Shown: piece by piece, positions 49,973 to 60,476 of the stretch
How the letters are laid out: each line of letters begins with the position of its first letter
Position numbering within the stretch: the stretch's first letter is position 1
From: a virus
Taxonomy: Duplodnaviria > Caudoviricetes
DNA: 64,000 nt
Virus record (IMG/VR): IMGVR_UViG_3300043010_000145
Reading direction: 5' to 3' (one strand)
Notes under the pieces: model-generated
Seen by the model: only the letters and a program-made list of their open reading frames with translations
What the model was told of the DNA's origin: nothing
Databases searched by the model: none
Translations under genes and position numbers: made by a program

Positions 49973-51190
49973 ATGAATTTAGACTTAGAAAAGCAAGAAT
50001 CAAATTCCACAGATTCTTCTGTTATTACTGCTTCATTTGAAGAAAGTCCATTTGATGAAAATCCGTTTGCTGCTGAAAACTCCTATGTTCCAGCCGTTTC
50101 CGTAGACAAGGAACTAAGCAAACGAGATACTACTGTAATGGAAGCACCAGAGGAATACAAGGCACGCCTGAAACAACTTCCACAAGTACAAGAATTAACC
50201 AACAAAATTGATATCAACAATCCTCGTACTGTTGAAATGTTCGGTCAAGAAGCAGGAGACGGTATTAGTCGAGTTGCTGACAATATGTTAGCAAGTACAC
50301 GAGCCATTAAAACTTCTGAAATTACTGCAATGATGGACCAGTTATCCAATGTAATGAAGAAAGTAGATGCTTCTGAACTAGATTTAGATGACATGTCAGG
50401 CAAAAGAGGTTTCTTTGGTAAATTACGAATGAGAGCCAAAGAATCCTTAGAAGAATTGATTAACCGTTATGACAATGTAGGTAAAGAAGTAGATAAGATT
50501 GCCCAGATATTAAACGGGTATATGACTGACATTGACCAGACAAATAAAAATCTGCTGAAAATGTACGATGCCAATATGCAATTCTACAAACAGCTTGAAT
50601 GGTATATTGCTGCTGCTGATTGCGGATTAGATGAGTTGACTGCTGAAATTGACAAAGTAAATGCAGATACAACTAAACCAAACGAAGAAAAAAGTTTCTT
50701 AGTAAGCAAATATACAGAAGTAGCAAACCGTCTTGAACAAAGAAAAGTAGACTTACAAACTGCCGAAGTGGTATCTTTACAGTTGCAGCCTACAATTATG
50801 ATGATGATGTCTTCTAATTATCGTCTTATGGGTAAAATTAACACTTCCTTCATCATTACATTGCCTGTTTTCAAAATTGCTCTATCCAATGCAATTATGT
50901 TGAAACGACAAGAAATTGAAGCAAGAAGTATTGCACAATTAGATGCTACCACAAATGATTTCCTCGAAAGAAATGCAAAAAATACAGCAACTCAAACAAA
51001 AGCGATTGCTAAAATGGCAAATCAGACAGGTATTAAAATCGAAACTCTTGAAAAAGTACAAACTACAATCATTCAAGGTGCAGAAGAAACACAACAGATT
51101 ATTGCAGAAGCTTCTCGTAAACGTAAAGAAGATTCCGCTCAAATGGATAAGATGATTTACCAGATGAAACAAAAAGGTTTCGCACAGTAA
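49973..51190 (+). CDS. telA: Toxic anion resistance protein (TelA/YaaN/YceH family)
   Basis: Coiled-coil ~400 aa with 'FGQEA...IS', 'GFFGKL', 'RLEQR..DL' and 'TLPVFK...NDFLERNA'. Confidence 0.88.
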   Translation: MNLDLEKQESNSTDSSVITASFEESPFDENPFAAENSYVPAVSVDKELSKRDTTVMEAPEEYKARLKQLPQVQELTNKIDINNPRTVEMFGQEAGDGISRVADNMLASTRAIKTSEITAMMDQLSNVMKKVDASELDLDDMSGKRGFFGKLRMRAKESLEELINRYDNVGKEVDKIAQILNGYMTDIDQTNKNLLKMYDANMQFYKQLEWYIAAADCGLDELTAEIDKVNADTTKPNEEKSFLVSKYTEVANRLEQRKVDLQTAEVVSLQLQPTIMMMMSSNYRLMGKINTSFIITLPVFKIALSNAIMLKRQEIEARSIAQLDATTNDFLERNAKNTATQTKAIAKMANQTGIKIETLEKVQTTIIQGAEETQQIIAEASRKRKEDSAQMDKMIYQMKQKGFAQ

Positions 51191-51299
51191 ATTTTAAGCA
51201 AGGCAATTTCCCGCCTTGCTTTTTCTTTTTCAAAGATTTTTCCATTTCAAAAAAATCTATATTTAATAGAACAAATAAGAAAGGAAGATAAACCTATTT

Positions 51300-52535
51300 A
51301 TGAAACCTTATACACATCTTGTAATGGTAAATAATGATAAGAACAACTACAAATTCTATGATATGTATGTTGAGAATTATACGGTTCGTTGTGTTTATGG
51401 ACGAATTGGTGCTGGAAGACAACAGCAGAAAGTGTATTCCCTTAGTGAATTCGATAAAATATATAACTCTAAAATAAGAAAAGGATATGTAGACCAGACA
51501 GATTATGTTGTGGAATCCACATCACAGCAGCAAACGGTTCTAAATGAAGAAAAGAAAGAAAAAGTAAAGAACGAAGCCAAGGTAACAGATGAACAGATAG
51601 AACTCTGGTATTTTCTTAAAACTTTAACAGACAATGCCAATCGCCGAGTTTTCACCAATGTCGGAGCAATTAGCAGAGCGGGTATCCGTCATGCCAAAGA
51701 ATTGCTTGAAGAAATGAAATACCATGCCAGTAAAGGTGATGTAAATTCTTTTAATGAGTGCATTATGGAAATAATGGCTATTTGCCCAAGAAATGTATCA
51801 GGCAACGGACAATATGGTGTTCAATCTTGGTTGACAGATATTTCTTATGATGCAGATGTGCAAGCTCGAATGATGCAGAGAATCATAAATCGTGAGGAGA
51901 ACATTATTCTTTCCATGAGTTCTCAGCTTGCTTACAATAACAGCAGTATTATTGTCGATAACCAAGAAGTCGGGTATATCACAGATACGGTTAAAGAAGC
52001 TACACCATATCAAGAACAGATTGTTCGTAAACATCTGACCGATTCTTTAAACAAAAAAGTTTACAAAATCTATCGTGTCATTCCAGAAGAACAAGGCAAA
52101 AAATACAAATTCTATTGCGATAAGTATGATATTCACAAAAAGAAACTCTTATGGCACGGCAGCCGTAATGAAAACTGGTTGAGTATCATTGAAACTAGCT
52201 TATCATTAAATCCAAAAGCAAAAATCACAGGCCGAATGTTCGGAAATGGTATATACTTTGCTAACAATCCTCGTAAGAGTTTCGGGTATACATCTAGCGA
52301 AAGTGCCTATTGGACGAATGAACATAGTGATTATGCGATTATGGGTTTATATGAAACTGCTTATGGTAATCCGCACGATTGCTATGCACCACATCACTAT
52401 TCCCAAAGAGAATTAAATGCAGAACATAAGAATTGTGTACATGCACACAAAGGACAGTATCTCTACAATGATGAAATCATTTATTATGATGAAGATGCAA
52501 TTTGCTTGCAATATATCGTAGTTTTCTATGCCTAA
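51300..52535 (+). CDS. WGR-domain poly(ADP-ribose) polymerase-like ADP-ribosyltransferase
   Basis: N-terminal 'NNYKFY...YGRIG...KIRKGY'; catalytic 'LLWHGSR', 'GRMFGNGIYFA', 'KSFGY' and 'NDEIIYY' give the H-Y-E triad. Confidence 0.88.
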   Translation: MKPYTHLVMVNNDKNNYKFYDMYVENYTVRCVYGRIGAGRQQQKVYSLSEFDKIYNSKIRKGYVDQTDYVVESTSQQQTVLNEEKKEKVKNEAKVTDEQIELWYFLKTLTDNANRRVFTNVGAISRAGIRHAKELLEEMKYHASKGDVNSFNECIMEIMAICPRNVSGNGQYGVQSWLTDISYDADVQARMMQRIINREENIILSMSSQLAYNNSSIIVDNQEVGYITDTVKEATPYQEQIVRKHLTDSLNKKVYKIYRVIPEEQGKKYKFYCDKYDIHKKKLLWHGSRNENWLSIIETSLSLNPKAKITGRMFGNGIYFANNPRKSFGYTSSESAYWTNEHSDYAIMGLYETAYGNPHDCYAPHHYSQRELNAEHKNCVHAHKGQYLYNDEIIYYDEDAICLQYIVVFYA

Positions 52536-52548
52536 TATTCTTACATAG

Positions 52549-52602
52549 AAGAGTAAGTACTCACTTACTCTTTTTTTCGTTTCTACAAGAACTGTTCGCC
52601 CG
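52549..52602 (+). repeat. Direct repeat, left copy (includes a terminator hairpin)
   Basis: AAGAGTAAGTACTCACTTACTCT7CGTTTCTACAAGAACTGTTCGCCCG; matches 56294-56346. Confidence 0.92.
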
Positions 52603-52744
52603 CTTCTTCGGGAAAGGACTTGCTTTGTTGTATAATAGTAATAGAAATATTGTTAGGTAAGCATACTCTAACTCATACCAATTGTATGTTGCACTGAGTA
52701 TAGGCATGACCTTGAAATGTTTAACATTAGAGAGGGTATTAGCT

Positions 52745-53758
52745 ATGAAGATAAATAATCGAAGATATACGGGAAGTAAGTATAAATTAATGCCATGGAT
52801 TAAAGAATTAATTCTTGAAAACTGTTCTGAGCATAACACTTTATTTGATGTATTTGGTGGAACTGGTGTTGTTACTGCTGAACTTCTAGATGTTTTTAAT
52901 AGTGTAACAATAAATGATTTTCTTTTTTCAAATGAAGTTATTTATAAGGCTTTTTTTGGAAAGGATATCTATGATGAACAGAAATTATACGAGTATGTAA
53001 GAAAGTATAATTCATTGGATACAGATAAAATTGAAGATAATTATGTCTCTTTAAATTATGGAGGTAAGTATTTTCAGTATACTGATGCTAAGGTTATAGG
53101 GGAAATAAGGGAAGATATCGAGTCTGAGTATGTGCAGAAAAATATTAATACTCGTGAATACAATATTTTGCTTGCATCTTTACTGTATTCTTTTGATAGA
53201 TGTGCTAATACAGTAGGACATTATGAAGCTTATATTAAAGGAAAAGAGATTCCAAAAAAATTTTCTTTTAATTTGATTGAACCTTTACACATTGAAAATG
53301 AAATAACAATTTATCGTTCTGATGCAAATGAGCTAGCATCTTTGATTACAGCAGATGTTGCTTTTATTGACCCACCTTATAATAGTAGGCAATATTCTCG
53401 TTTTTATCATGTTATGGAGACAATTACGAAATGGGATAAGCCCAAACTTACAGGTGAGGCCATGAAACCACCAGTTGAAAATATGTCTGATTATTGTAGA
53501 AGTACAGCTCCTAGTGTTTTTGCGGATTTAATAGGAAAAATACAGGCCAAATATATTGTTGTTACTTACAACAATACTTATAATTCAAAAAGTACATCTT
53601 CTAGAAATAAGATTTCGTTAGAACAGATAAAAGATATTCTAGATACAAGGGGTAAAACGAAAGTGTATGAAAAAGCATATCATAGGTTTAATGCAGGTAA
53701 AACCGATACGAAAGGGCATAAAGAGTATGTCTTTATAACAGAGGTGTACGCTGAATGA
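52745..53758 (+). CDS. DNA adenine methyltransferase M1 (D12 class)
   Basis: 'RRYTGSK', 'DVFGGTGVV' and 'DPPY' motifs; ATG 52745 follows GAGGG (ORF track starts at 52682). Confidence 0.9.
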   Translation: MKINNRRYTGSKYKLMPWIKELILENCSEHNTLFDVFGGTGVVTAELLDVFNSVTINDFLFSNEVIYKAFFGKDIYDEQKLYEYVRKYNSLDTDKIEDNYVSLNYGGKYFQYTDAKVIGEIREDIESEYVQKNINTREYNILLASLLYSFDRCANTVGHYEAYIKGKEIPKKFSFNLIEPLHIENEITIYRSDANELASLITADVAFIDPPYNSRQYSRFYHVMETITKWDKPKLTGEAMKPPVENMSDYCRSTAPSVFADLIGKIQAKYIVVTYNNTYNSKSTSSRNKISLEQIKDILDTRGKTKVYEKAYHRFNAGKTDTKGHKEYVFITEVYAE

Positions 53759-54672
53759 AAGACAATGTTTTACGTTCTCCGTTCTTTTATGTTGGTGATA
53801 AGTATAAATTGATGCCACAACTAAGAGAACTTTTTCCTAAGGATATTGATACCTATGTTGAGCCATTTGTTGGGGGTGGTAGTTCTTTCTTAAATGTAAC
53901 TGCAAAACATTATGTCGTGAATGACATTGATGCGAGCATAATTGAGTTACATAAATGGCTAACTTCCTATAAAGGAAAGGACGAGCAACTCTTAAATTTG
54001 CTATATGAACATATAGATAAATATGGTTTATCTTGTTCTTACAAAGGTATTTGTGTGCCAAATGAACTAAAGAAGAAATATGTTAAGACTTATTATTCAC
54101 ATTATAATCGTGAAGCATATCAAACTATGAAGAATGATTATAATAAAGAGAGCAGTACAGACCTTTTGTATCTTTTGTTAATTTATGGTTTTAATCATAT
54201 GATTAGGTTTAATAAGTCTGGTGAGTTTAATGTTCCAGTGGGGAATTTAGACTTCAATAAGAATGTCTTTAATGCAATACAAGGATATTTGAGTTTTATG
54301 ACTCAGAATATTGTAGAGTTCTATAACATGGATTTTATGGCATTTTTAGAACAGGTAAAGTTGAATGAACATTCTTATGTGTATCTTGACCCACCTTATT
54401 TAATCACAGGTTCTGAGTATACTAAATATTGGAATGAAAGTGAAGAAATAAGATTATGCAAATATTTAGATTTTTTGAACGATAAAGGCATAAGGTTTGG
54501 TATTACTAATCTTATTAACCATAAAGGAAAATTGAATGAAATATTCCTAAAATGGTCGAAAAAGTATTATGTTTATAATATTAATAGTAACTATATTAGT
54601 TTTAACGATAATACTGTGAAAAAAGAATCTAAGGAGGTATTTGTAACAAATTATGGCAAAAAGGAAATTTAA
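53755..54672 (+). CDS. DNA adenine methyltransferase M2 (Dam/D12 class)
   Basis: 'SPFFYVGDK', 'EPFVGGGS', 'RFNKSGEFNVP' and 'DPPY' motifs. Confidence 0.9.
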   Translation: MKDNVLRSPFFYVGDKYKLMPQLRELFPKDIDTYVEPFVGGGSSFLNVTAKHYVVNDIDASIIELHKWLTSYKGKDEQLLNLLYEHIDKYGLSCSYKGICVPNELKKKYVKTYYSHYNREAYQTMKNDYNKESSTDLLYLLLIYGFNHMIRFNKSGEFNVPVGNLDFNKNVFNAIQGYLSFMTQNIVEFYNMDFMAFLEQVKLNEHSYVYLDPPYLITGSEYTKYWNESEEIRLCKYLDFLNDKGIRFGITNLINHKGKLNEIFLKWSKKYYVYNINSNYISFNDNTVKKESKEVFVTNYGKKEI

Positions 54673-56218
54673 GCCTCTATCGTTTTCTACAACAATTCGA
54701 AATCCAGAAAGAATTCCTAAATTTTTAGCTTGTATATTACCGTATGAGAATGAAATACTTACATCAGAGATTATACATGAAATTGTTAAGATGCTTATAC
54801 GAGAGAAAGAATATAGACCGAGATATATTTTAGAAAATGATGAATTAAAAGCAATATATAAGGATTCAGATAAGACATATTCAGATAAGCAAATTGAAAC
54901 TATAATTAAGTATTCACCACAGAAACATAAAGAGGCTGGGTTTAAAAGTGGGTGGGATTCTAGATTTGATACATGGTATAAGATGTTAAAGGAACTTGGA
55001 TTTATAAAATATAAAATGGGTGCACCAATACAAATTACTGAAACTGGACATATGCTTATTGATGACTTCAACGATTCGTCCTCGAATAGCACAAAAACAA
55101 GATTAGTGTTCTTAAATGCATTAATGAAATACCAAACAAATAACCCACTTAGAAAAATCTCAAATGAAAATGCACCTTTGCCTTTACTATTAAATGTTCT
55201 GAAATATTTTAAAGAAGATGAAGAAGAAACAGATGCAGGTATTGCACGCCAAGAATTACCTATACTTATTTGTTGGACAAATAATGATGCAAAGGCAGCT
55301 TATCTTTATATAAAGAATATGCGGAAAGAGGTAGGTTTTAAGTATTCTGACGAGTATATTTATGATAAGTGTCTTTCTATTTTAGGTAATAATAATAAGA
55401 AATATTTGAAAATGAGTAAGATATGTCATGAATCTGTGGACGAATATATACGCAAAATGAGAATGACAAATCTAGTTTCTTTAAGAGGAAATGGTAGATT
55501 TTTAGATATTAATAGTTTTGAATGGGCTACTGTAAATTATATAATTGAAAATTACACAGATTACCTAAAATATGAGGATGAGGACACGTATATTGAATAT
55601 ATGTGTACCATAGATAGTAAGCTATTTAAGTTTGATGCACCACAACAGTCAAATAGTGCTGATGTTAAACAAAAGACACTATATAAGTATGCATCTACTT
55701 TAAGTACTGATGTTGTGCAAAAAGAACTTAAATTATTGTGCAAAAAGCAAGAGAGTACAAATGAGCTTTTCCGTTTTATTCCACCAGCAACTCGTTTGGA
55801 ATTCTTAACAAGTATTGTATTAGTCCAATGCTTTAAGTCATTAGATGTTAAGCCAAATTATGCTGTTGATGACGAGGGCTTACCTACATTTACTGCTGGC
55901 GGTGGCCTTGCAGATATAGAGTGCACCAGTAAAGATTACACAGGGTATGTTGAGGTAACATTACAATGTAGCAAAGTTAATCAAGTAAATAATGAGATAA
56001 TACCTATTTCTAGACATTTATTAGAAGCTAAACAGAATCATGAACAGCCTATGTTTACTATTTTATTAGCACCTAATATTCATTCAGATACAAAAGAAGC
56101 AGCTGATTGGCAAAGATATAAGTATGGTGCGGATATAAGAACTGTGGCTATGCCTGAGTTTTTAGATACTATACATAACAACAAAGATATAGAACTTGAA
56201 CAGGTTGGGAAACAGTAA
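54653..56218 (+). CDS. AlwI-family type IIS restriction endonuclease
   Basis: N-terminal 'LSFSTTIRNPER'; C-terminal 'DDEGLP..TAGG..ADI...VEVT...E..PISRH'; paired with two MTases. Confidence 0.82.
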   Translation: MAKRKFKPLSFSTTIRNPERIPKFLACILPYENEILTSEIIHEIVKMLIREKEYRPRYILENDELKAIYKDSDKTYSDKQIETIIKYSPQKHKEAGFKSGWDSRFDTWYKMLKELGFIKYKMGAPIQITETGHMLIDDFNDSSSNSTKTRLVFLNALMKYQTNNPLRKISNENAPLPLLLNVLKYFKEDEEETDAGIARQELPILICWTNNDAKAAYLYIKNMRKEVGFKYSDEYIYDKCLSILGNNNKKYLKMSKICHESVDEYIRKMRMTNLVSLRGNGRFLDINSFEWATVNYIIENYTDYLKYEDEDTYIEYMCTIDSKLFKFDAPQQSNSADVKQKTLYKYASTLSTDVVQKELKLLCKKQESTNELFRFIPPATRLEFLTSIVLVQCFKSLDVKPNYAVDDEGLPTFTAGGGLADIECTSKDYTGYVEVTLQCSKVNQVNNEIIPISRHLLEAKQNHEQPMFTILLAPNIHSDTKEAADWQRYKYGADIRTVAMPEFLDTIHNNKDIELEQVGKQ

Positions 56219-56293
56219 GTTCTAATATTGTTTAAATCAAAGTTTTCCTATATTTCCTATTCGTGCAGAGTGTATTTCTACTTCTATTCCATA

Positions 56294-56346
56294 AAGAGTA
56301 AGTACTCACTTACTCTTTTTTCGTTTCTACAAGAACTGTTTGCCCG
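56294..56346 (+). repeat. Direct repeat, right copy
   Basis: Same sequence as 52549-52602 except one fewer T and one substitution. Confidence 0.92.
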
Positions 56347-56411
56347 TATTTTTGGAAAAAATATGGAAACTAGTATAATAAAAGCATAGAGAAGAAAGGA
56401 CGGTTTGAAAT

Positions 56412-57110
56412 ATGCTTAATTTCACCGAATCTGCATCAAGCGGTTTTAGTGGCAATTCTGCCTTAGACCTTGATATTACAAAACAAGACTTATCTTTGGA
56501 CCTTTCCAAAACTCCTACATACTTAAATAAAATTTATGTTGGTGCTTCTTGGGATGCTCCAATTTTTGACTCACAGGGGGAAAGTTATGACCTTGACCTT
56601 ATCGCTGTATTCCTGAATGCAAATGGAAAACTGCTAGGTTTCAATCGTGCCAATGTACAAACAGCTATTAAGGGTATGCTTTGGTATCACAATCCAACAG
56701 CTCCGGGTATGCGATTCACAACTGGCGACAACCTAACAGGTTCTAGTGCACAAAATCGTATGAATACTGCAACAGATGATGAGGAAATTGAAATCTGTTT
56801 GAACGAAGTTCCAGCAGATTTGTGCAAAATTGTCTTCTGGATTGACATTAACGAAATCAGAGGAACAGGCCCTGCTATGTATAAACTGAGCCAAACGTTC
56901 GGACAAATCGAAAATGCACGAATTACTGTCTATGACGAAAATAAAAATGTACTGGCTCGTTTAAATCTGAATCAGGACTATGTAACAGACACAGCAGTTT
57001 GTGCGGGACAGTTAGAAAGAACACCGTCAGGCTGGGAATACAATGTTGTAGATGCTAAAAATCGTCATGGTATTTTTGATGTAAACGGCATTTGGCAGCA
57101 ATACATCTAA
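56412..57110 (+). CDS. terD: TerD-family stress protein
   Basis: 'VGASWD...DLDL...GDNLTG...DDEEI...QTFGQI.NA' motifs. Confidence 0.85.
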   Translation: MLNFTESASSGFSGNSALDLDITKQDLSLDLSKTPTYLNKIYVGASWDAPIFDSQGESYDLDLIAVFLNANGKLLGFNRANVQTAIKGMLWYHNPTAPGMRFTTGDNLTGSSAQNRMNTATDDEEIEICLNEVPADLCKIVFWIDINEIRGTGPAMYKLSQTFGQIENARITVYDENKNVLARLNLNQDYVTDTAVCAGQLERTPSGWEYNVVDAKNRHGIFDVNGIWQQYI

Positions 57111-57129
57111 TTTTGAATGAGGAAACTTT

Positions 57130-57768
57130 ATGAGCATGTTAGACCTTGACCTCACAAAAGTTGAGGGTATCGACCTTACCAAAGGTGATTTATTAGACTT
57201 ATCCAAAGGTGGCTTAGAGACACACAAGTTACGAGTCGGAGCTGGCTGGAACTGTGTTGAGCGAGAAATGGGTTCTTTTATGGGCTTTCTGTTTGGCAAA
57301 ACACAAATGCTAGACGTAGACCTTGACCTTATTGCTGTTCTTGAAGATAAAAATGGCAGAGAACTCGAACGAGTTTACTTCAACCATAAGACGGATAGAC
57401 ACAATGCTATCCGTTTGGATAAAGATGACCGCCAAGGAGAAGCGGTAAGAATCAACATCGACTACCGTTGTACAAATACTTGCAAAGATACAGAAAACAT
57501 GACCGTTATCTTATCTAACTTGCCTGACAATGTACAGCATGTACGATTTGCCGTAGCCATTTATGATGAAAATACATTCCGTGATGTTCCACAAGCTTAT
57601 TGCAAACTTGTAGATGAAACAGAAGGACGGGTATTATGTAGTTTCAAAATGTCCGAAGACGGCGGAAGAAACAAGTCCATTCGTATGCTGACTTTACATA
57701 GAGCTGGCACAAGCTGGACTTTGGAAGCTATTGGTGAATACACACCAAATCGTTGGAACAATGTGTAA
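57130..57768 (+). CDS. terD: TerD-family stress protein
   Basis: 'LTKG..LDLSK...VGAGW...DLDL...VYFN...DDRQG...W..EAIG' motifs. Confidence 0.85.
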   Translation: MSMLDLDLTKVEGIDLTKGDLLDLSKGGLETHKLRVGAGWNCVEREMGSFMGFLFGKTQMLDVDLDLIAVLEDKNGRELERVYFNHKTDRHNAIRLDKDDRQGEAVRINIDYRCTNTCKDTENMTVILSNLPDNVQHVRFAVAIYDENTFRDVPQAYCKLVDETEGRVLCSFKMSEDGGRNKSIRMLTLHRAGTSWTLEAIGEYTPNRWNNV

Positions 57769-57797
57769 TTCATAGATACAGAAAGGAAAATAGATTT

Positions 57798-60431
57798 TTG
57801 ACAAAAGAAAATTACGGCTTGACCACCGAGCAAGCCGCAGAGAGCAAGAAGAAATACGGGACGAATGCTCTTTCTGTTAAAGAAGGCGACAGTTTCTGGA
57901 AAATCTACTTAGGTACTTTTGAAGATACTTGGATTCGTATTCTCTTAGCTGCTGCAATTATCGACTTATTGATTTATGTACTTGGTATTTTCTGGCCTCA
58001 GTATTTCTCTGGGGATTTAATTGAAGTTGCTGGTGTAGTATTTGCTATGCTTCTTTCTACGGGAGTTTCTGCTCTGACAGAATGGAAGAACAACAAGCAA
58101 TACAACACACTGCAAGCAGAAGCAAGTAAAATCAAGACAAAAGTATATCGTGACGGGGAACTTCACGAAATGCTTATTGACGACCTTGTAAAAGGAGATG
58201 TAGTTCTGCTTCAAGCAGGCGACCAAGTACCAGTTGACGGTTTAATTCTGAAAGGTTCTTGCGAAGTTTCACAGGCTGCCTTGAACGGAGAAAGTGAACC
58301 ATGCAAGAAAGAAGTAGCACCTGAAACCTTAGACCGAGATACGATTGATGAAGATTATGTCAATCCATACTGGGTATATCGTGGTTCTGTTATTACAGAA
58401 GGTGAAGTACTTGTCGAAGCTCGTGTAATTGGTGATTCTACTGTATTAGGTACGATTGCTGATGCCATTGGCGAGAAAACAAAACCTAGTCCGTCTGCTG
58501 AAAAAATGGACAAACTGGCTGGTTCTATTGGTAAATTAGGCTTATACGGTGCAACATTAGCTGTTATTGCTAACATTGTCATTACTCTTATGAGTGCGGA
58601 CTTATCTACTTATACAATCGGTTCTTATCTGTCCTTGGGTATTGCTAACTTAATGCTCTTTGTTGCTATTATCATTATGGCTGTACCAGAAGGTTTGCCA
58701 ATGATGAACAGCCTTGTTGCAAGTATGAACTGTGGACGAATGATTAAAGAAAATGTACTCGTTCGCCATGCAGAATCCATTGAAACAACAGGGTATATGA
58801 ATGTATTGTTCTCTGATAAAACAGGAACAATTACAAAAGGGCAACTCGAAGTAGTAGATATCATTGATGTAAACGGAAATGTAGTTCCAGCTGCTGACCG
58901 TATCAACCAAGATAATGTGATTGCACAAGAACTTGTAAAAGGACTTGGCTTGAACAATGATGCTATGGAAGCAGACGGAAAAGCTATTGGTTCTAACGGT
59001 ACTGACCGTGCATTACTGAACTTCTTGATTGAAAATGATAAATATGAAACTCTTGACCGTTCCCTTGTTGGCGAAAAAGAACCATTCACATCTGCTACAA
59101 AATGTGCAAGAGTGCATACACCAGACGGTATTTATTGGAAAGGTGCACCAGAAGCTGGCTTAGAAGTTGCTAAATATTGCATGTACGATGATGGTGTAAT
59201 TAAACCATTGAACAATCATCGTATGGAACAGATTACAAAAGCAATGAAAGACCAAATGGGCAGAGCCATGCGACTGCTTCTGATTATGAAAGAAACACCG
59301 GGCTTTGAATCACCTATCTTCTTGGGTATCGTATGTATTCGTGATGAAGTTCGTCCTGATGTAGTTCATACTGTTGAGCAAATGAACACAGCAGGCTGTG
59401 CCGTTGTTATGGTTACAGGTGATTCTGCTGATACTGCACAAGCTATTGCAAGAGATGCTGGCATTTTAAAACACGAATCTGATGTAGTTTTAACTTCCAA
59501 ACAACTCGCTGCCATGTCAGATGATGAAGTAAAAGAAGTATTACCATTCCTTCGTGTTGTAAGTCGTGCTAGACCAATGGATAAACGTAGATTAGTCCAG
59601 CTTGCCCAAGACATCGACATGGTTTGCGGTATGACGGGTGATGGTGTCAATGATGCTGCCGCTTTATCTGCTGCTGATGTTGGCTTTGCTATGGGTGACG
59701 GAACTTCTGTTGCAAAAGATGCTTCTGACATCGTTATTGTTGACAACTCTCTGACTTCTATTGGAACTGCTATGAAATATGGTCGTACTATGACAAAATC
59801 AGTCCAGAAATTCTTGATTTTCCAGCTGACTGTCAATATTACAACTATTCTGATGAATGTACTTGCACCATTCTTAGGCTTCTCCGAACCATTTACAATC
59901 GTGCAAATTCTCTGGATTAACTTAATTATGGATACACTGGCTGCTCTTGCTTTTGGTGAAGAACCAGCCTTAGACAGATATATGGACGAGAAACCAGTTT
60001 CCCGCAATGCTTCTGTATTAACACATTACATGAAGTCCTCTATTGGAACTGCTGCTATCTATATCGCTGTTATTTCTGTATTAGGTTACTGCACAAACTG
60101 GCTGAATACTTATCTGTCAATCAGTACAGACAAGGGTATTCGTAGTTTTGTATTCTGCACATTCATCTATGCAGTAATCTTCAATGCATTCAATACTCGC
60201 TCTTCCGATTACAACATCTTCGAGGGTATTACGAAAAACAAGAAGTTCCTCTATGTAATGGGTTCTATCTTTGTTCTGCAAACTCTCTTAATCTATGTAG
60301 GCGGAGCCGTATTCGGTACTGTACCAATGGATGCTCAAACATTGCTTGCAAGCATTGGACTTGGTTTCTTAATTATTCCAGTTGATATGGTTAAGAAATT
60401 TATCTATAAACACTTTGTAAGCGAAGAATAA
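57798..60431 (+). CDS. P-type cation (Ca2+, PMCA-like) transporting ATPase
   Basis: 'LNGES', 'VPEGLP', 'DKTGT', 'KGAPE', 'TGD' and 'GDGVND' motifs; TTG 57798 follows AAAGGA. Confidence 0.93.
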   Translation: MTKENYGLTTEQAAESKKKYGTNALSVKEGDSFWKIYLGTFEDTWIRILLAAAIIDLLIYVLGIFWPQYFSGDLIEVAGVVFAMLLSTGVSALTEWKNNKQYNTLQAEASKIKTKVYRDGELHEMLIDDLVKGDVVLLQAGDQVPVDGLILKGSCEVSQAALNGESEPCKKEVAPETLDRDTIDEDYVNPYWVYRGSVITEGEVLVEARVIGDSTVLGTIADAIGEKTKPSPSAEKMDKLAGSIGKLGLYGATLAVIANIVITLMSADLSTYTIGSYLSLGIANLMLFVAIIIMAVPEGLPMMNSLVASMNCGRMIKENVLVRHAESIETTGYMNVLFSDKTGTITKGQLEVVDIIDVNGNVVPAADRINQDNVIAQELVKGLGLNNDAMEADGKAIGSNGTDRALLNFLIENDKYETLDRSLVGEKEPFTSATKCARVHTPDGIYWKGAPEAGLEVAKYCMYDDGVIKPLNNHRMEQITKAMKDQMGRAMRLLLIMKETPGFESPIFLGIVCIRDEVRPDVVHTVEQMNTAGCAVVMVTGDSADTAQAIARDAGILKHESDVVLTSKQLAAMSDDEVKEVLPFLRVVSRARPMDKRRLVQLAQDIDMVCGMTGDGVNDAAALSAADVGFAMGDGTSVAKDASDIVIVDNSLTSIGTAMKYGRTMTKSVQKFLIFQLTVNITTILMNVLAPFLGFSEPFTIVQILWINLIMDTLAALAFGEEPALDRYMDEKPVSRNASVLTHYMKSSIGTAAIYIAVISVLGYCTNWLNTYLSISTDKGIRSFVFCTFIYAVIFNAFNTRSSDYNIFEGITKNKKFLYVMGSIFVLQTLLIYVGGAVFGTVPMDAQTLLASIGLGFLIIPVDMVKKFIYKHFVSEE

Positions 60432-60444
60432 GCCAAATACAAAC

Positions 60445-60476
60445 AACCGTGTGCAACAGCACACGGTTTTCTTTTT
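60445..60476 (+). terminator. Intrinsic terminator
   Basis: AACCGTGTGC-aaca-GCACACGGTT followed by a T-tract. Confidence 0.85.

Noticed and set aside
52745-56218. Assigning GGATC specificity to the R-M system
   Set aside because: The AlwI family covers several specificities, so the target cannot be read from sequence by eye.
58355-60007. Long antisense ORFs opposite the P-type ATPase (and similar ones opposite other large genes)
   Set aside because: Shadow frames from codon bias, with no RBS or motifs.
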